From: Octopus vulgaris
Taxonomy: Eukaryota
NCBI GenBank assembly: GCA_951406725.2
Contig: OX597836.1
Coordinates: 43,772,001 to 43,836,000 of the forward strand
Direction: 5' to 3'
DNA length: 64,000 nt
The notes below the pieces were generated by a model. That model saw only the letters and a list, made by a program, of their open reading frames with translations. It did no database searches and had not been told where the DNA came from. Positions 27,309 to 42,003 of this stretch are shown in pieces. The position numbers and the translations under genes were made by a program. Position 1 is the stretch's first letter, and the number at the start of each line of letters is the position of its first letter.

Positions 27309-27899
27309 AAGACACTTGGCAAAGGTACCATGCAGTGGGTCTGAACCCGGAACCATATGGTTAGGATGCAAGCTTCTTACCACACAGCCACAAGACACTT
27401 GCCAAAGGTACCATGCAGTGGGTCTGAACCCGGAACCATATGGTTATGATGTAAGCTTCTTACCACACGGCCACAAGACACTTGCCAAAGGTACCATGCA
27501 GTGGGTCTGAACCCGGAACCATATGGTTATGATGTAAGCTTCTTACCACACGGCCACAAGACACTTGTCCAAGGTATCATGCAGTGGGACTGAACCCGGA
27601 ACCATATGGTTAGGATGTAAGCTTCTTACCACACAGCCACAAGACACTTGCCCAAGGTACCATGCAGTGGGACTGAACCCGGAACCATATGGTTAGGATG
27701 TAAGCTTCTTACCACACAGCCACAAGACACTTGCCCAAGGTACCATGCAGTGGGACTGAACCCGGAACCATATGGTTAGGATGTAAGCTTCTTACCCACA
27801 CGGCCACAAGACACTTGCCAAAAGTACCATGCAGTAGGACTGAACCCGGAACATCCTAACCATATGGTTAGGATGTAAGCTTTTTATTACTCAGCCACA
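27309..27899 (-). repeat. Seven tandem 83-bp copies of a SINE tRNA-like head
   Basis: GACACTTG at 27311, 27394, 27477, 27560, 27643, 27726 and 27810. Each unit has A-box-like TGGCTGTGTGG and B-box-like GGTTCAGTCCC on the - strand. The array is attached to SINE body 26995..27310. Confidence 0.9.
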
Positions 27900-28668
27900 C
27901 ATGTTCCTAAATTTTATTAGTAGGTCACAATCCGTTTATGTGAACAAGACCACCTATTTCTTTACTACTCACAAGGGGCTAAACACAGAGAGAACAAGTA
28001 AGGACAGACAAACGGATTAAGTTGATTATATAGACCCCAGTGCGTGACTGGTACTTAATTTATTGACCTCGAAAGGATGAAAGGTAAAGTCGACCTCGGC
28101 GGAATTTGAACTCAGAACGTAGCGGCAGACGAAATGCCGCAAAGCATTTCGCCCGGCGTGCTAACGTCTCTGCCAGCTCGCCGCCTTATGTGAACAAGAC
28201 CACCGTACATCTTTCATACTTTTCTTGATTACCATAACCAATTCCATTAAGGCTGCAAGAACGATATAATATCTCACTGCGTCGACCTTGTCTACCACAA
28301 TCCGCCAACATGTGTAATTCCTCGTCGTCTCTTATTCCCACTCTTTTGTAATTTAACTATAATAAAACTTTGACTGCATCTCGTTTTATTTCATGCCACA
28401 GAACATTCTCCTGTTTCATCATACTATAGTTTGTTAGTATATTGCTTTACATCAGAGTTATACTGCAGATCCTGTATTAGTACAATACATCAAAGATATT
28501 AATCAAGACACTCGGTTTATTTGAGCTTGTTTATCACCCTTTTTAATCAACTCTGTAAGACCAATAGATATATCTAACTCCAGTTTATTGGTAGCGTGTT
28601 AACGATATGGATTCTCATTCACATGACATAATGTTTCTACGCCAACATTCTAACTTTTTTTTTATTTT

Positions 28669-29053
28669 GGAAGCACTCCGTCGGTTACGACGACGAGGGT
28701 TCCGGTTGATCCGAATCAACGGAACAGCCTGCTCGTGAAATTAACGTGTAAGTGGCTGAGCACTCCACAGACACGTGTACCCTTAACGTAGTTCTCGGGG
28801 ATATTCAGCGTGACACAGAGAGTGACAAGGCCGGCCCCTTTAAAATACAGGTACAACAGAAACAGGAAGTAAGAGTGAGAGAAAGTTGTGGTGAAAGAGT
28901 ACAGCAGGGATCACCACCATCCCTGCCGGAGCCTCGTGGAGCTTTTAGGTGTTTTCGCTCAATAAACACTCACAACGCCCGGTCTGGGAATCGAAACCGC
29001 GATCCTACGACCGCGAGTCCGCTGCCCTAACCACTGGGCCATTGCGCCTCCAC
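28669..29053 (-). mobile_element. SINE family C (GGAGGCGCAATGGCCCAGTGGTTAGGGCAGCGGACTCGCG tRNA-like head), representative copy
   Basis: Other copies at 9515-9893(+), 19552-19858(+), 55018-55412(+; TSD AGCAGGTCAAGCAAGT), 61666-61953(+), 63207-63514(+; TSD ACCCACAAGGCTTTG). Confidence 0.88.
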
Positions 29054-29883
29054 GTCAACGTTCTAACTGTGATCTCTAACACAATACTGGAATCCTGTAA
29101 ATTGAATGAACATATTCTAAGTCTTTGAAAGGCTTTTTTGGTATTTTGCCATTCCTAACATGTCTGATTTACAAGAGACCTATTTTTATACTCACGACCA
29201 TTTTTGCATACAAATTTTTTTTTTATCTCCCGTAAGACTAGCAACCTAAAATTGGCATCATCCGCTTAATCGCTCAGTTGTATATTCCAATTAATTTTTA
29301 GTTTAATCATTTTAATAATAATAATAATCATTATTCCTACTCCTTAGATGTAGGTGATAATTCACTTACTCGCCCTGTGGCAAGTATTCTAATTTTCCTT
29401 TATTTTCCTGTTCGTTCTATCATTTCCTAAACGATCAGATTGTTTTATCTCAGCTATCATTTCTACGCCATTAACAATGGTTCATAAAACCTCGTTAATC
29501 TTTCCAATTTCAGACTGTGTACCGTCGAAACTAGCGCTAATCTCGTTAACATTTTCACCTAAATATTTTCGCCGTTCATTATTCTACTTTGTATTTAGCT
29601 TATTCCATATCTATTATCAATTCGATTCTAATCAACGTTTCAGTTTTTTTCTTCGCAACAAATAAATATTTACCCTACATATTCGATGAATTAAGCTTTT
29701 GCTCTTTTACTTAGTTCAGTCATTTTTCTGCGGCCATGCTGGAGCACCGCCTTAAAGGGTTTTTAGTCGAAGAAATTGACCCAGGATTTATTTTTTGTAA
29801 GCCTAGTACTTATTCTGTCAGTCTCTTTTGCCGGACAGCTAGTTACATATTAATATATATGTATGTATGTGTATATTCATGTG

Positions 29884-29970
<87 letters not shown>

Positions 29971-30371
29971 TGTATATATATATATATATATACCTGTCAG
30001 TTTATCTGTCTGTCTGTCAATCTATATGTCTCTCTGTCTGTCAGTCTGTCTATCCATTTATCTATGTATCTATGTATCTATCTAGCTACCTACCTTCCCA
30101 CCTACCTACCCACCCACCCACCTACCTACCTACCTACCTAATACCTACCTACATACCTAATACCTACCTACCAACCTACCTACCTACCTACCTAATACCT
30201 ACCTACATACATCCATATATACATACATGCATGCATACATACATGTGGAGGAAAGTAAGACAAAATACAATAAAGACATATTCTATTCATAAAAAGCATC
30301 AACGAATTCTCTTTGACGCAAAAAAAAAAATTACAAGTCAGAAAGAAGAAGAAAATTTGAATGAAACTTAC

Positions 30372-31250
30372 TCGAATACCATTTGCATCCATATAAGTTC
30401 GGTAAAGGAGAAGACCAGTCCAGGGCAACTGGCAGACAAGAAAGATAATGACCACATTAATCAACATGATTGTTATCCTGTTTTGACCACTTCCATGGCG
30501 CTGTGCTTGACCAGTTACGTTCGAATTGGCTAATGATCGGCGAATCACAGAAGACTTCCAAACAATGCGTATTAGTAGACTGTTGAAGACGGACAGCAAG
30601 ATCATTGGAATGAAAGTAAAGAAAGACACAAACCACCAATAATATCCGATTTGGTAACTATCAGATTGGGCGAACTTTGTGTTGTGACAGACAAAGAACA
30701 CCACTGTTTGATTGTATGTTGATAGCTTCTTCTCAAGAATCTCCATTTCGAAAAGTTCTGGGCTCGTGTTGATCAAACAGATTATAAATACTAGAAAAGA
30801 TATCATTTTTGCTCGGTGTACAGTGCACCATATGCGACCCCTCATGGGATAACGAACGCCTACGTATCTTTCCACGGTAAACGACACCGTCAACCAAACG
30901 GCCATGTTGCCGAAGAGGTCGGTGAGAACCCTGGCATATGGCATGTAATAAAACGCAAACTTTGGTTGCTGCTGGTAAGAACAATGAACAAAGTTTAGAG
31001 TGACCATAAAGAATAAATAAAGGAGGTCGCACACGGACAAAGCAGTAAGGTAAACATTGGTGGAGCTTTGCATACGGCGCCGACTCAGAACGATTATACT
31101 CAAAGTGTTGCCCACAAAACCAATGGTTGATACTGTTGGACTTAGGATTTTTTGGACGACGAATCGCGTCACTTCTAACACTTCTCTGGCCGTGTCGTTG
31201 TCATCATTGACCAGATCTGTAGCAATTGTGATGTTCGAATCGAGTACCAT
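30372..31250 (-). CDS. Class A GPCR, FMRFamide-receptor-like peptide receptor, coding exon 1 (N-terminus to ECL3, 293 codons)
   Basis: ATG at 31250 with an in-frame stop upstream. TM1 GFVGNTLSIIVL, TM2 LTALSVCDLL, TM3 SFTVERYVGVRYP, TM5 FFTFIPMILLSVFNSLL, TM6 IFLVCQLP. N-glycosylation sequons NIT and NDT. Donor CGA|GTAAGT at 30372/30371, phase 0. Confidence 0.93.
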
Positions 31251-31368
31251 ATTCACGGCTTCTCTTGTGAAGATTAGCTTCCTCGCTACTCCGCTACTCC
31301 GCTACTCCGCTACTCCGCTACTCTGCTGCTCCGATTATGGTGTCATCTGTTCAATTGGCAATACCATT
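31251..31368 (-). promoter_or_regulatory. 5'UTR portion of the first GPCR coding exon, with a uORF and an 8-bp tandem repeat
   Basis: Acceptor TTTTCTTTCCGTTGTAG ends at 31369. uORF MVLPIEQMTP* at 31367..31335. (GCTACTCC)x6 on the + strand at 31285..31332. Confidence 0.6.
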
Positions 31369-31557
31369 CTACAACGGAAAGAAAACATTCATTAATGGCT
31401 TTATAAACATTACGGACTCAATTATTTCATGGTCAATCAAGAATTCCACCCTTTCAAGAATATGTCTTCTGAATATTTACAGTAAACATTGTCAGAGGCA
31501 GAGATGGTAGATTGGGAAATATGAAGAAATGCCATTGTATAATTGTTATTATATATG

Positions 31558-31607
<50 letters not shown>

Positions 31608-32019
31608 TAAAGATGTGCACGACTACCCTTGGACGGTTTTGAATGACCATAGAAAGTGAAAGCCCTCTAACTGAAAAATTGTGGATTTGTATAAAGGACA
31701 CGCGCACACACACACACACGCACACACACGCACACACACACATGTATATATAGATGTGTGTGTATTGCGCGCACGGACGCATGTGTGTGTATGTGTATTT
31801 ATCACTCACCCAACATAGTGAGTGAATAATATTCTTGAAGTCGCTATTTACGTCTTCGTGACCTTTTTTATGCCCCCTAGACAATTGACTTTTTTGACTA
31901 AATTAAATGCGGTTAGGTTCATTAAAAACAAATAGTCTCCCGCTATATTTTGAGAGATATTATGACAGAAAATTGGTTAGGTACAAAGAAAGGTGACAAT
32001 GAAATGCGTTTATATATAT

Positions 32020-32069
<50 letters not shown>

Positions 32070-32151
32070 GAAAAAAGCAACAAGAATGGATTAAAATCTC
32101 GGTACGATCGTTTCGTACGAGGACATCTTTAATAAGCTACAAAAAATGCAG

Positions 32152-32216
<65 letters not shown>

Positions 32217-32357
32217 GTATATATGTATATATGTATATATGTATATATATATATGTATATATATATATGTATATATATGTATATATATGTATATATATAT
32301 ATGTATATATATGTATATATATATATGTATATATGTATATATATATGTATATATGTA

Positions 32358-32787
<430 letters not shown>

Positions 32788-32896
32788 AGTATTACTTAAA
32801 CCTTCCTCGAATGGGGCTTTTACATGCCGAAATCTACTTGGTGAAATTAATGATTATTCCAAATTAATTAATTTCACCCTATATTATTACTGATAA

Positions 32897-32931
<35 letters not shown>

Positions 32932-32942
<11 letters not shown>

Positions 32943-33162
32943 TGTAAAAATACAAAATGAGACAAGAACGCAAAACACTCAAAGAGACGACACAAAAAAA
33001 AAAAAAACGGACGGCTCATTCGAAGCCTCTAATCTTTGCGAGGATGATCCGGTTCTTGACTGAAGATTAGAGGCTTCGAATGACCCGTCCGTTTTTTTGT
33101 GTCGTCTCTGTGAGTGTTTTGCGTTCTTGTCCCATTTTGTATTTTTACATATATTTTTTATA
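32932..33162. mobile_element. Fold-back element with tail to ~33200
   Basis: ~100-bp inverted arms. The centre is related to 53178..53283 and 12155..12195. Confidence 0.65.
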
Positions 33163-33199
33163 CATATATTATTGCGGCGTAACGTACATCTTGTTCTCT

Positions 33200-33264
<65 letters not shown>

Positions 33265-33718
33265 TTTATAATTATAAACATAATTATAATTAGGGTTCAG
33301 CTAATTGCTTCACCACATACCGAATTTAGAAATAGGAGTTAAAATTCCTGTTCTACTACTATAAGAAATTATAATTTCTTATAATTATAAAATAACTATA
33401 AAATAAAATAGTATAATTATAAAATAACTACTGCTATATAACTATTTCTAGAGGAAACAGGACACAATGCATGTATCTATTATGCAATTTTACTAAGGGA
33501 GTTGAAAATACGATTCCTTATAGGGATTGAACCGTTTTATCGAGGATTTCTGAAAAGAATTGTATTGAGACGAAGCGGTTCAATCACTTTCGATTTCTAC
33601 TGTCAATTACTTCATTACACACAAACACAAATACGTGTGTGTGTGTGTCCGTGCGTGCGTGTTTGTGTGTGTGTGTGTGTGTGCGTGTGTGTGTGTATGA
33701 GTGTGTGTGTGTGTGTGC

Positions 33719-33754
<36 letters not shown>

Positions 33755-34191
33755 CAGTGTGTACTTTTTGTAGCACAACTTAAAGATCGCTGTAAATGTC
33801 ATTCTGAGGTACCCTTTGCAATGTCTATTCCTTCAAAGTAATTAAATAACACGGAAAATAGTTTTGGAAGATTGTTTTTTTGTTAACGACATTGTTTGAA
33901 TGGAGTAAAGCGAAACAATAAAAAAAAATGTTGAATTAAATCTGACTCTTTGTGTTGGAATGGTAATAAAGACACCACTTTACTTAGATTCTTCAATTTT
34001 ATTGTATTGGCTTGTCAGGAAAGTTCGTTCTGATTTATAGTATCTTACCTTTCGACTTATTTTAGAACATAGTTGAGTCCATAAAATAGGATTTGACTAC
34101 ACCACCATTTTTTAGATCACAGTTTAAGCTATATTTTCTTGGAAGAAGGTTTATGTTCCTATAACCTGTGTTAATTCTGTAACCCTTTAAA

Positions 34192-34893
34192 ATGGAAGAT
34201 AAGAAAGTTTATTTTCGGCACTTGATGCTTTTCTTTTTCACAAGCAACCAAAGAAATATGCGCCTCACAAGCAACCAAAGAAATATGCGCAGTTTACGGT
34301 GATGTTTCTTTATCCGGAAGAACTGTACGGAAGTGGTTCGCAAGGTTCCTAGCTGGAGATTGTAGCCTTATTGATAAAGAGCGATCAGGCAGACCATCCA
34401 CTACAGATGATGACCAAATCAAGTCATTAATTAAGAATAACCCAGATTGAACAACCCGAGAATTGGCAGAAAGCCTCAACCTATCAAAATCCATCGTTCA
34501 CGAGCACCTGGTAAAGCTTGGGTACACAAATCGTTACGATGTTTGGGTGCCACATGAGTTGAGTGAGAAGAACCTTTTGGATCGCATTTCCATCTGTGAT
34601 TCGCTTTATAAACGGAATGAAAACGGAACCAGAAAAAAATTGCTGCAGCTCGGCTGGGATGTGTTACCCCACCCTCCATATTCACCAGATATTGCTCCTT
34701 CGGATTTCCACTTATTCAGGTCTCTGCAGAATAGTCTTAATGGTAAAAAATTCAATTCCTTGGATGACGTAAAAGATACCTTGATGAATTCTTTGCCATG
34801 AAACCACCTCAATTCTGGGAAGAAGGTATTTTCAAGTTAAAGGAAAGATGGAGACGCATTGTGCAACAAAATGGTTCATAATTGGTTGATTAA
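34192..34893 (+). pseudogene. Internally deleted mariner transposase (mellifera-like)
   Basis: MEDKKVYFRHLMLF...RSGRP...WVPHEL...LPHPPYSPDIAPSDFHLF. The TGDEKW and HDNA segments are deleted at ~34625; frameshifts and a stop are present. Confidence 0.92.
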
Positions 34894-35719
34894 AAATGTA
34901 ATGGCAAGTATTTATTGACCTTTTTCTTTCCTTTAAAAATCGGCTCAAGAACATAACACACAGCCCGGTCCAGGATTCGAACTCACAACTTCATGTTTGT
35001 GAGTCCGACGCTACAACTAAGCCATGTGCATTCACTAAGAATATCAAAACCACTGCAATCACAATCACCGCAACAACACATCAAGCGCTGTTTTTACAAT
35101 GTTAGCCATAACTTCTACCGCTCCATCTGCAACTTCATCTGTCATATTTGTAATTTCTACAACCGTGCCAACTTCCACAACTACCACAGTCACAAGATAC
35201 CACAGATACAACAACTACAACACAAACAATCAAAACTACGATAACCGGAAACTGCCATCATCTCCACCCCACCATAAAACAACAACAATAGCAACTATAA
35301 TAAAGGTGGTAATGCGATACAGCACGGAGAAAAATATATTCAGAAAACGAGGTAACTAAATACTATGAAGATATTCTTTTGCAAATAACTAGATAAAATA
35401 TAGACACACTAAGATTCATTCTCAGACACACCCATACGGACACACGGACACACATAGATACTAGTACACACCACATCGTTACACACGCATACATACAAGC
35501 CAATATACACCAATATGTACGCGTCCACACACGGCCGCATCCAGAGGCATGTTTCGTGTCACAGACACAGATGCAACCGTATCTACGCAGACATGTCTAT
35601 AGAAACAATACTTGTGAAAATGAATGATTTAATACAAGAATATGTTTGAAAAAGAAACGACATTTTTTGTTCATTAAAATTGAAACTAAGACAACTGGGC
35701 ACGTAGGTACGTACGGACG

Positions 35720-37022
35720 TACATACATACACACATACATACATACATGCATGCATACATACATACATACATACATACATACCTACATACATACATACAT
35801 ACATACATACATGCATACATATATACATACACACTAACATACATACATGCATACATACAAACATACATACATACACACTTACATACATACATACACACAT
35901 ACATACATACATACATACATGCATACATACAAACATACATACATACATACATACAAACATAGATACATACATACACACTTACATACATACATACAAACAT
36001 ACATACATACATGCATGCATACATATATACAAACATACATACATACATACATTCATACATACAAACATACATACATACATACATACATACAAACATAGAT
36101 ACATACATACACACTTACATACATACATACAAACATACATACATACATACATACATACATACACACATACATACAAACATACATACATACATACATACAT
36201 ACATACATACATACAAACATACATACATACATACATACATACATACATACATACATACATACATACATACATACATACATACATACATACATACATACAT
36301 ACATACATACATACATACATACATACATACATACATACATACATACATACATACAAACATACATACATACATACATACATACATACATACATACATACAA
36401 ACATACATACACATACATACATACATACATACATACATACATACATACATACATACATACAAACATACATACATACATACATACATACATACATACATAC
36501 ATACATACATACATACATACATACATACATACATACATACATACATACATACATACATACATACATACATACATACATACATACATACATACATACATAC
36601 ATACATACATACATACATACATACATACATACATACATACATACATACATACATACATACATACATACATACATACATACATACATACATACATACATAC
36701 ATACACATACATACATACATACATACATACACACATACATACATACATACATACATACATACATACATACATACATACATACATACACATACATACATAC
36801 ATACATACATACATACATACATACATACATACATACATACATACATACATACATACATACATACATACATACATACATACATACATACAAACATACATAC
36901 ATACATACATACATACATACATACATACATACATACATACATACATACATACATACATACATACATACATACATACATACATACATACCTACATACATAC
37001 ATACAAATATACATACATACAT
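35720..37022. repeat. 1.3-kb (TACA)n microsatellite
   Basis: Directly visible. It is the longest of dozens of TA, CA, TATC, TAA and GA tracts. Confidence 0.98.
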
Positions 37023-37883
37023 AAACATGAGAATACATACATAAAACAAAGCGTAAACATTTGCACATGCAATTGAATCCAAACACTGCACATATACCCA
37101 CATTTTTTATTGATGTTGAAATTCCAATGAAGGAGATTTGAATCTAGGTTAGAGAACGGCTCTTTCTCTATTGCCAAGAAATTTTGTAATATAACTGAAT
37201 AACATACGTGCATGAAATCATACATACATACACGATAGCTGCCCCCTCGAGGTCGGTAAAATAAGAAGCGGTTGAGCACTGGGGTCGATATAATCGACTT
37301 ACCCCTCTCCCCCTCCAAATTTCAGGCCTTGTGCCGAAAGTAGAAAGGATTATTAATTCATTGAGGCGGCGAGCTGGCAGAATCGTTAGTGCGTTGGACG
37401 AAATGCTTAGCGGTATTTCGCCCGTCGCTGCCTTGTGCGTTCAAATTCCGCCGAGGTCGACTTGTTTTTAATCCTTTCGGGGTCGATGAAGTAAGTACCA
37501 GTCGATTAGTCTCCCCACTCACAAATTTCAGGCCTTGTACCTATGGTAGAAAGGTTTATTAGTTTATTGTGTGAAGGCGAGTGGCTTACGATCATAAAGT
37601 TGTTAAATCGATCACCGGCGGGGTTTTTGTTCTTAAGCAAAGCACCTAATTTCCCGTTGCTTCAATCCACTCAGCTAGTAAAAATGTATTTCAATGGGTC
37701 AGCCTTGTCACATTCTGTGAATCTCTCTGGGAACAACGCTGAATCTATCAGGGAACTGCGTTAAAGGTACGCGTGTTTGTTAAATGACTTCCCACTTGCA
37801 CGTTAATTTCACGAGCGGGCTCTTCTGTTGATCAGATCAACTGCAACACTCGTCGTAAATGACGCAATGTCAATTATAATATA

Positions 37884-38720
37884 CTAACACTATGACCCGG
37901 CGACGCCGGGTCATAATGCTAGTGCACGCATATACAGCTGCGTGCGTGCGCACATAAATGCGAGTACTGTCCAAATCTCCGACCAATCGCATATAGATAG
38001 CTGGCATTCAATTGGCGTATCAAGTTTCGGGCATTTCGATTGGGTTTTGGATAGAAAATTCTCAAAAAAGTCACTTCTATTGATTTTTTTAATGGCTTTG
38101 CGGGGTGACTGGGGAAATGTAAAGATGTGCACGACCACCCTTGGACGGTTTTGAATGACCATAGAAAGTGCGAGCCCTCTAACTGAAAAATAGTGGATTT
38201 GTATAAAGGACACACACACAGACAGACATTTTGCCGTTTATATATAGAGAGATTTGTTGGGTGACTGGGGAAATGTAAAGATGTGCACGACCACACTTGG
38301 ACGGTTTTGAATGACCATAGAAAGTGCGAGCCCTCTAACTGAAAAATTGTGGATTTGTATAAAGGACACGCACACAGACAGACATTTTGCCGTTTGTATA
38401 TAGAGAGATTTGTTGGGTGACTGGGGAAATGTAAAGATGTGCACGACCACCCTTGGACGGTTTTGAATGACCATAGAAAGTGCGAGCCCTCTAACTGAAA
38501 AAATGTGGATTTGTATAAAGGACACACACACAAACAAATATTTTGCCGTTTATATATAGAAAGATTTGTGGGGTGACTGGGGAAATGTAAAGATGTGCAC
38601 GACCACCCTTGGACGGTTTTAAATGACCATAGAAAGTGCGAGCCCTCTAACTGAAAAATTGTGGATTTGTATAAAGGACACGCACACACACACACATTTT
38701 GTCGTTTATATATAGAGAGA
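37884..38720 (-). mobile_element. Non-autonomous Helitron-like element with 4 tandem 156-bp copies of its 5' end
   Basis: 5' A|TCTCTCTATATATAAA. 3' GC-rich hairpin TATGACCCGGCG-T-CGCCGGGTCATA followed by TTAG|T. Repeat phase at 38106, 38262, 38418 and 38574. Partial copy at 31607..31750. Confidence 0.75.
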
Positions 38721-38899
38721 TAGTCAAGTCTGATGTATTTTGTGCTACATTTTTCGAGGGTTTTAATTACATGTTTCTCCGTTTCAAAGTTTTTGGGCAT
38801 TTGGTTCATGTTTTAGATTTTTACGTGTGATCTGTGTGTTTTTTATTACGTGAACTCGCGGCTATATTTGTTGTGTTGTATTTGTGCCTCCATTCTTTT

Positions 38900-39060
38900 A
38901 CAGTTCCGTCCGAGACACACGGAAATTACTTCACAGATTCAAATTCTTTCACTCGAAAGTAAATGCAACATACCTGTACAGGGATCGAAAACATGGCGGC
39001 AGGGGTTTGATCAAGGTAGCGGAATGTGTTGCTGCAAAGAGAGGAGCGTTGGATTTTTAT
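38900..39060 (+). pseudogene. R4/Dong-like RT C-terminal fragment
   Basis: TRKLL...FHSK...LYRDRKHGGRGLIKVAEC matches the LY..RK.GGRGL motif. Confidence 0.6.
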
Positions 39061-39265
39061 AGTAGTAGTAGTAGTAGTAGTAGTAGTTAGTAGTACTAGT
39101 GGTAGTGATAGTAGTAGTAGTAGTAATAGTAGTAGTAGTAGTAGCAGTAGCAGTAGTGGTAGTGGTAGTGGTAGTAGTAGTAGTATGATAGAAAAGTAGT
39201 TTAAATCTTTGGCGTCATTCTCCTTTTTCTTCAGGCTCATTGACTACTACTACTACTACTACTAT

Positions 39266-39318
<53 letters not shown>

Positions 39319-39500
39319 ATAATAATAATGGTTTCAAGTTTTACCACAAGGGCAGCCATTTTCGAGGAGGGGATGTGTCGATTACATCGACCCCAGTGCG
39401 TAACTGGTACTTAATTTATCGACCCCGAAAGGAATACCACTAAGCATTTCGTCCAGCGTGCTAACGATTCTGCCAGCTCACCCCCTTAATAATAATAACA

Positions 39501-39565
<65 letters not shown>

Positions 39566-39665
39566 TAATAATAACAACAACAACAACAACAACAATAATA
39601 ATAATAATAATAATAATAGTAATAACAACAACAACAACAACAATAACAACAACAACAACAACAAC

Positions 39666-39698
<33 letters not shown>

Positions 39699-40213
39699 CC
39701 TTTCTACTATGCTATAGGCGTAAATGGTACTAATTTTATCAACCCCGAAAGGATGAAAGGCAAAGTCAACCCCAGTGACATTTGAACTCAGGACGCTAAG
39801 CATTTCGCCCGGCGTGCTGACGATTCTGTCAGCTCGCCGCCTTAATAATAATAATAATGATGATGATGATGATAATAATAATAATAATAATTCGTTCGTT
39901 TATTGGCCACAAGGGCTAACAAAAACCAATTAAAACATAAAGGGACAAAACACAGGACGAAAGTTACCAAGGGTTTTGTCCGTTTGAAAAAAAGGTCCGT
40001 GTACAAAAGCAGGATGACAACGAAATATAAGTAACAATTAAAACTCCCAATAGGGGGAGGCGCTTCGAAAGGGTTACTCGTGGAAAAACCCATAAAAGCC
40101 ACGGGAGCCTGGTCAAAAGTGGGGTAGAGAGCCCCTTTCTCCTTTTATATTTCCCTTTAATTTTTCACAGGTGTATCCTCAGAATTGGTCCGTTCATACT
40201 AGCCATTCTTGCA

Positions 40214-40317
<104 letters not shown>

Positions 40318-40568
40318 TCAAAATGGCACTAATGGAAGATTTTTGTGTTCCTACTTTAATCTGAATTTTTTTCATTTTCTTTTTTTTTCTGTCCTCTGAC
40401 CATCCGTCACTTTCCTTTTATTCTCTCTGATAAACGCCTCCGTCCACAACCTTGAAGATATTTCTATTTCTCTGAGCGTAAGATGATCATTGTTATAACA
40501 TCAGTGAAATCTGTCCGTCTGTAACATAACTTTTGGTTTGATTCGTAACACCTCCATTTCTATCCCAG

Positions 40569-40694
<126 letters not shown>

Positions 40695-40745
40695 ATACAT
40701 ACATACATACATACATACATACATACATACACATATATATATATG

Positions 40746-40792
<47 letters not shown>

Positions 40793-40824
40793 AAATACAT
40801 ACATATACATATATACACACACAC

Positions 40825-40862
<38 letters not shown>

Positions 40863-40933
40863 CACACATGTTTACATATATATATATATATATGTATATT
40901 TATGCTTGTGTATGTGTGTTGTGTGGGTGGATG

Positions 40934-40995
<62 letters not shown>

Positions 40996-41129
40996 AACAC
41001 ACACAGTATATACACAACACTATTGTTAAAGACAGAACAAAAATATGAAACTCTCCTGTTGGCGCCTTTCTCTCTTTTCCTCTTTGTCTCTTCGTACGCA
41101 CAATGAGATGCGTATACATGTGCGCATTG

Positions 41130-41178
<49 letters not shown>

Positions 41179-41314
41179 ATCTGTATCTGTGTATGTGTGT
41201 ATGTATGTGCACAAACACATGTTTCTCAGAGACAGAACAGAAATATGTTTATCTTTGTATAATCATTTGTACGTACTGAGAGAGATAGAGAGATAGAGAG
41301 ATAGAGATAGATAG

Positions 41315-41357
<43 letters not shown>

Positions 41358-41521
41358 CAGATAGATAGATGGATAGATAGAGAGATAGAGAGAGAGAGAG
41401 AGAAAGAGAGAAGACAGAGAAGAGGAGACAGACTGGCAGAGAGAAAGAGAGACACTGACAGATTATACTGTTGTCATATTTGTAAGAATATGTCTATGTG
41501 TGTCAAATTGAGCAAGACAAA

Positions 41522-41552
<31 letters not shown>

Positions 41553-41752
41553 GAGGGGGAGAGAGAGAGAGAGAGACAGAGGGACAGAGAAAGACTTACA
41601 GGACGGACAGAAACAATAGGGAATCAGTTTTCTAATGTTGTTTTAGGCTACTTCTTTTAAAATATCTATCTATTTATCTACCTTTCTGTTTGTCTGTCTG
41701 TCAGTCTGTCAGCCTATCTGTCAGTCTGTCTGTCTTTCTATCTAAACGTCTA

Positions 41753-41790
<38 letters not shown>

Positions 41791-41871
41791 TCTCTCTCTA
41801 TCTGTTTGACTGTCTCTCATTCTGTCTGTCTGTCTCTCTACCTCTCTGTCTGTCTATCTATCTGTCTATCC

Positions 41872-42003
<132 letters not shown>

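Noticed and set aside
27309-27899. CRISPR-like periodicity
   Set aside because: Units are contiguous with no unique spacers, there are no cas genes, and the source is a eukaryotic SINE.
28200-29680. Possible decayed LINE (ADDA- and KYLG-like words on the - strand)
   Set aside because: The motifs are in the wrong order and too degenerate to support a call.
30192-30371. ORF-track C-terminal extension and GTG start (31256) of the GPCR
   Set aside because: Read-through past a consensus GTAAGT donor into intron and microsatellite. The eukaryotic start is the ATG at 31250.
32101-32135. HHR 3' halves (GAAA-CGATCG-TA here; also ~57265..57295 and ~56605..56630)
   Set aside because: The 5' CTGANGA strand is missing, so they are counted only as truncated relics.
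37919-38809. 296-aa ORF with a 52-aa repeat
   Set aside because: By-product of the 156-bp (3n) Helitron tandem unit; no domain features.
40450-40518. Possible upstream non-coding GPCR exon (TTACAG...AAG|GTTGTG)
   Set aside because: Weak donor and no independent support without RNA data.
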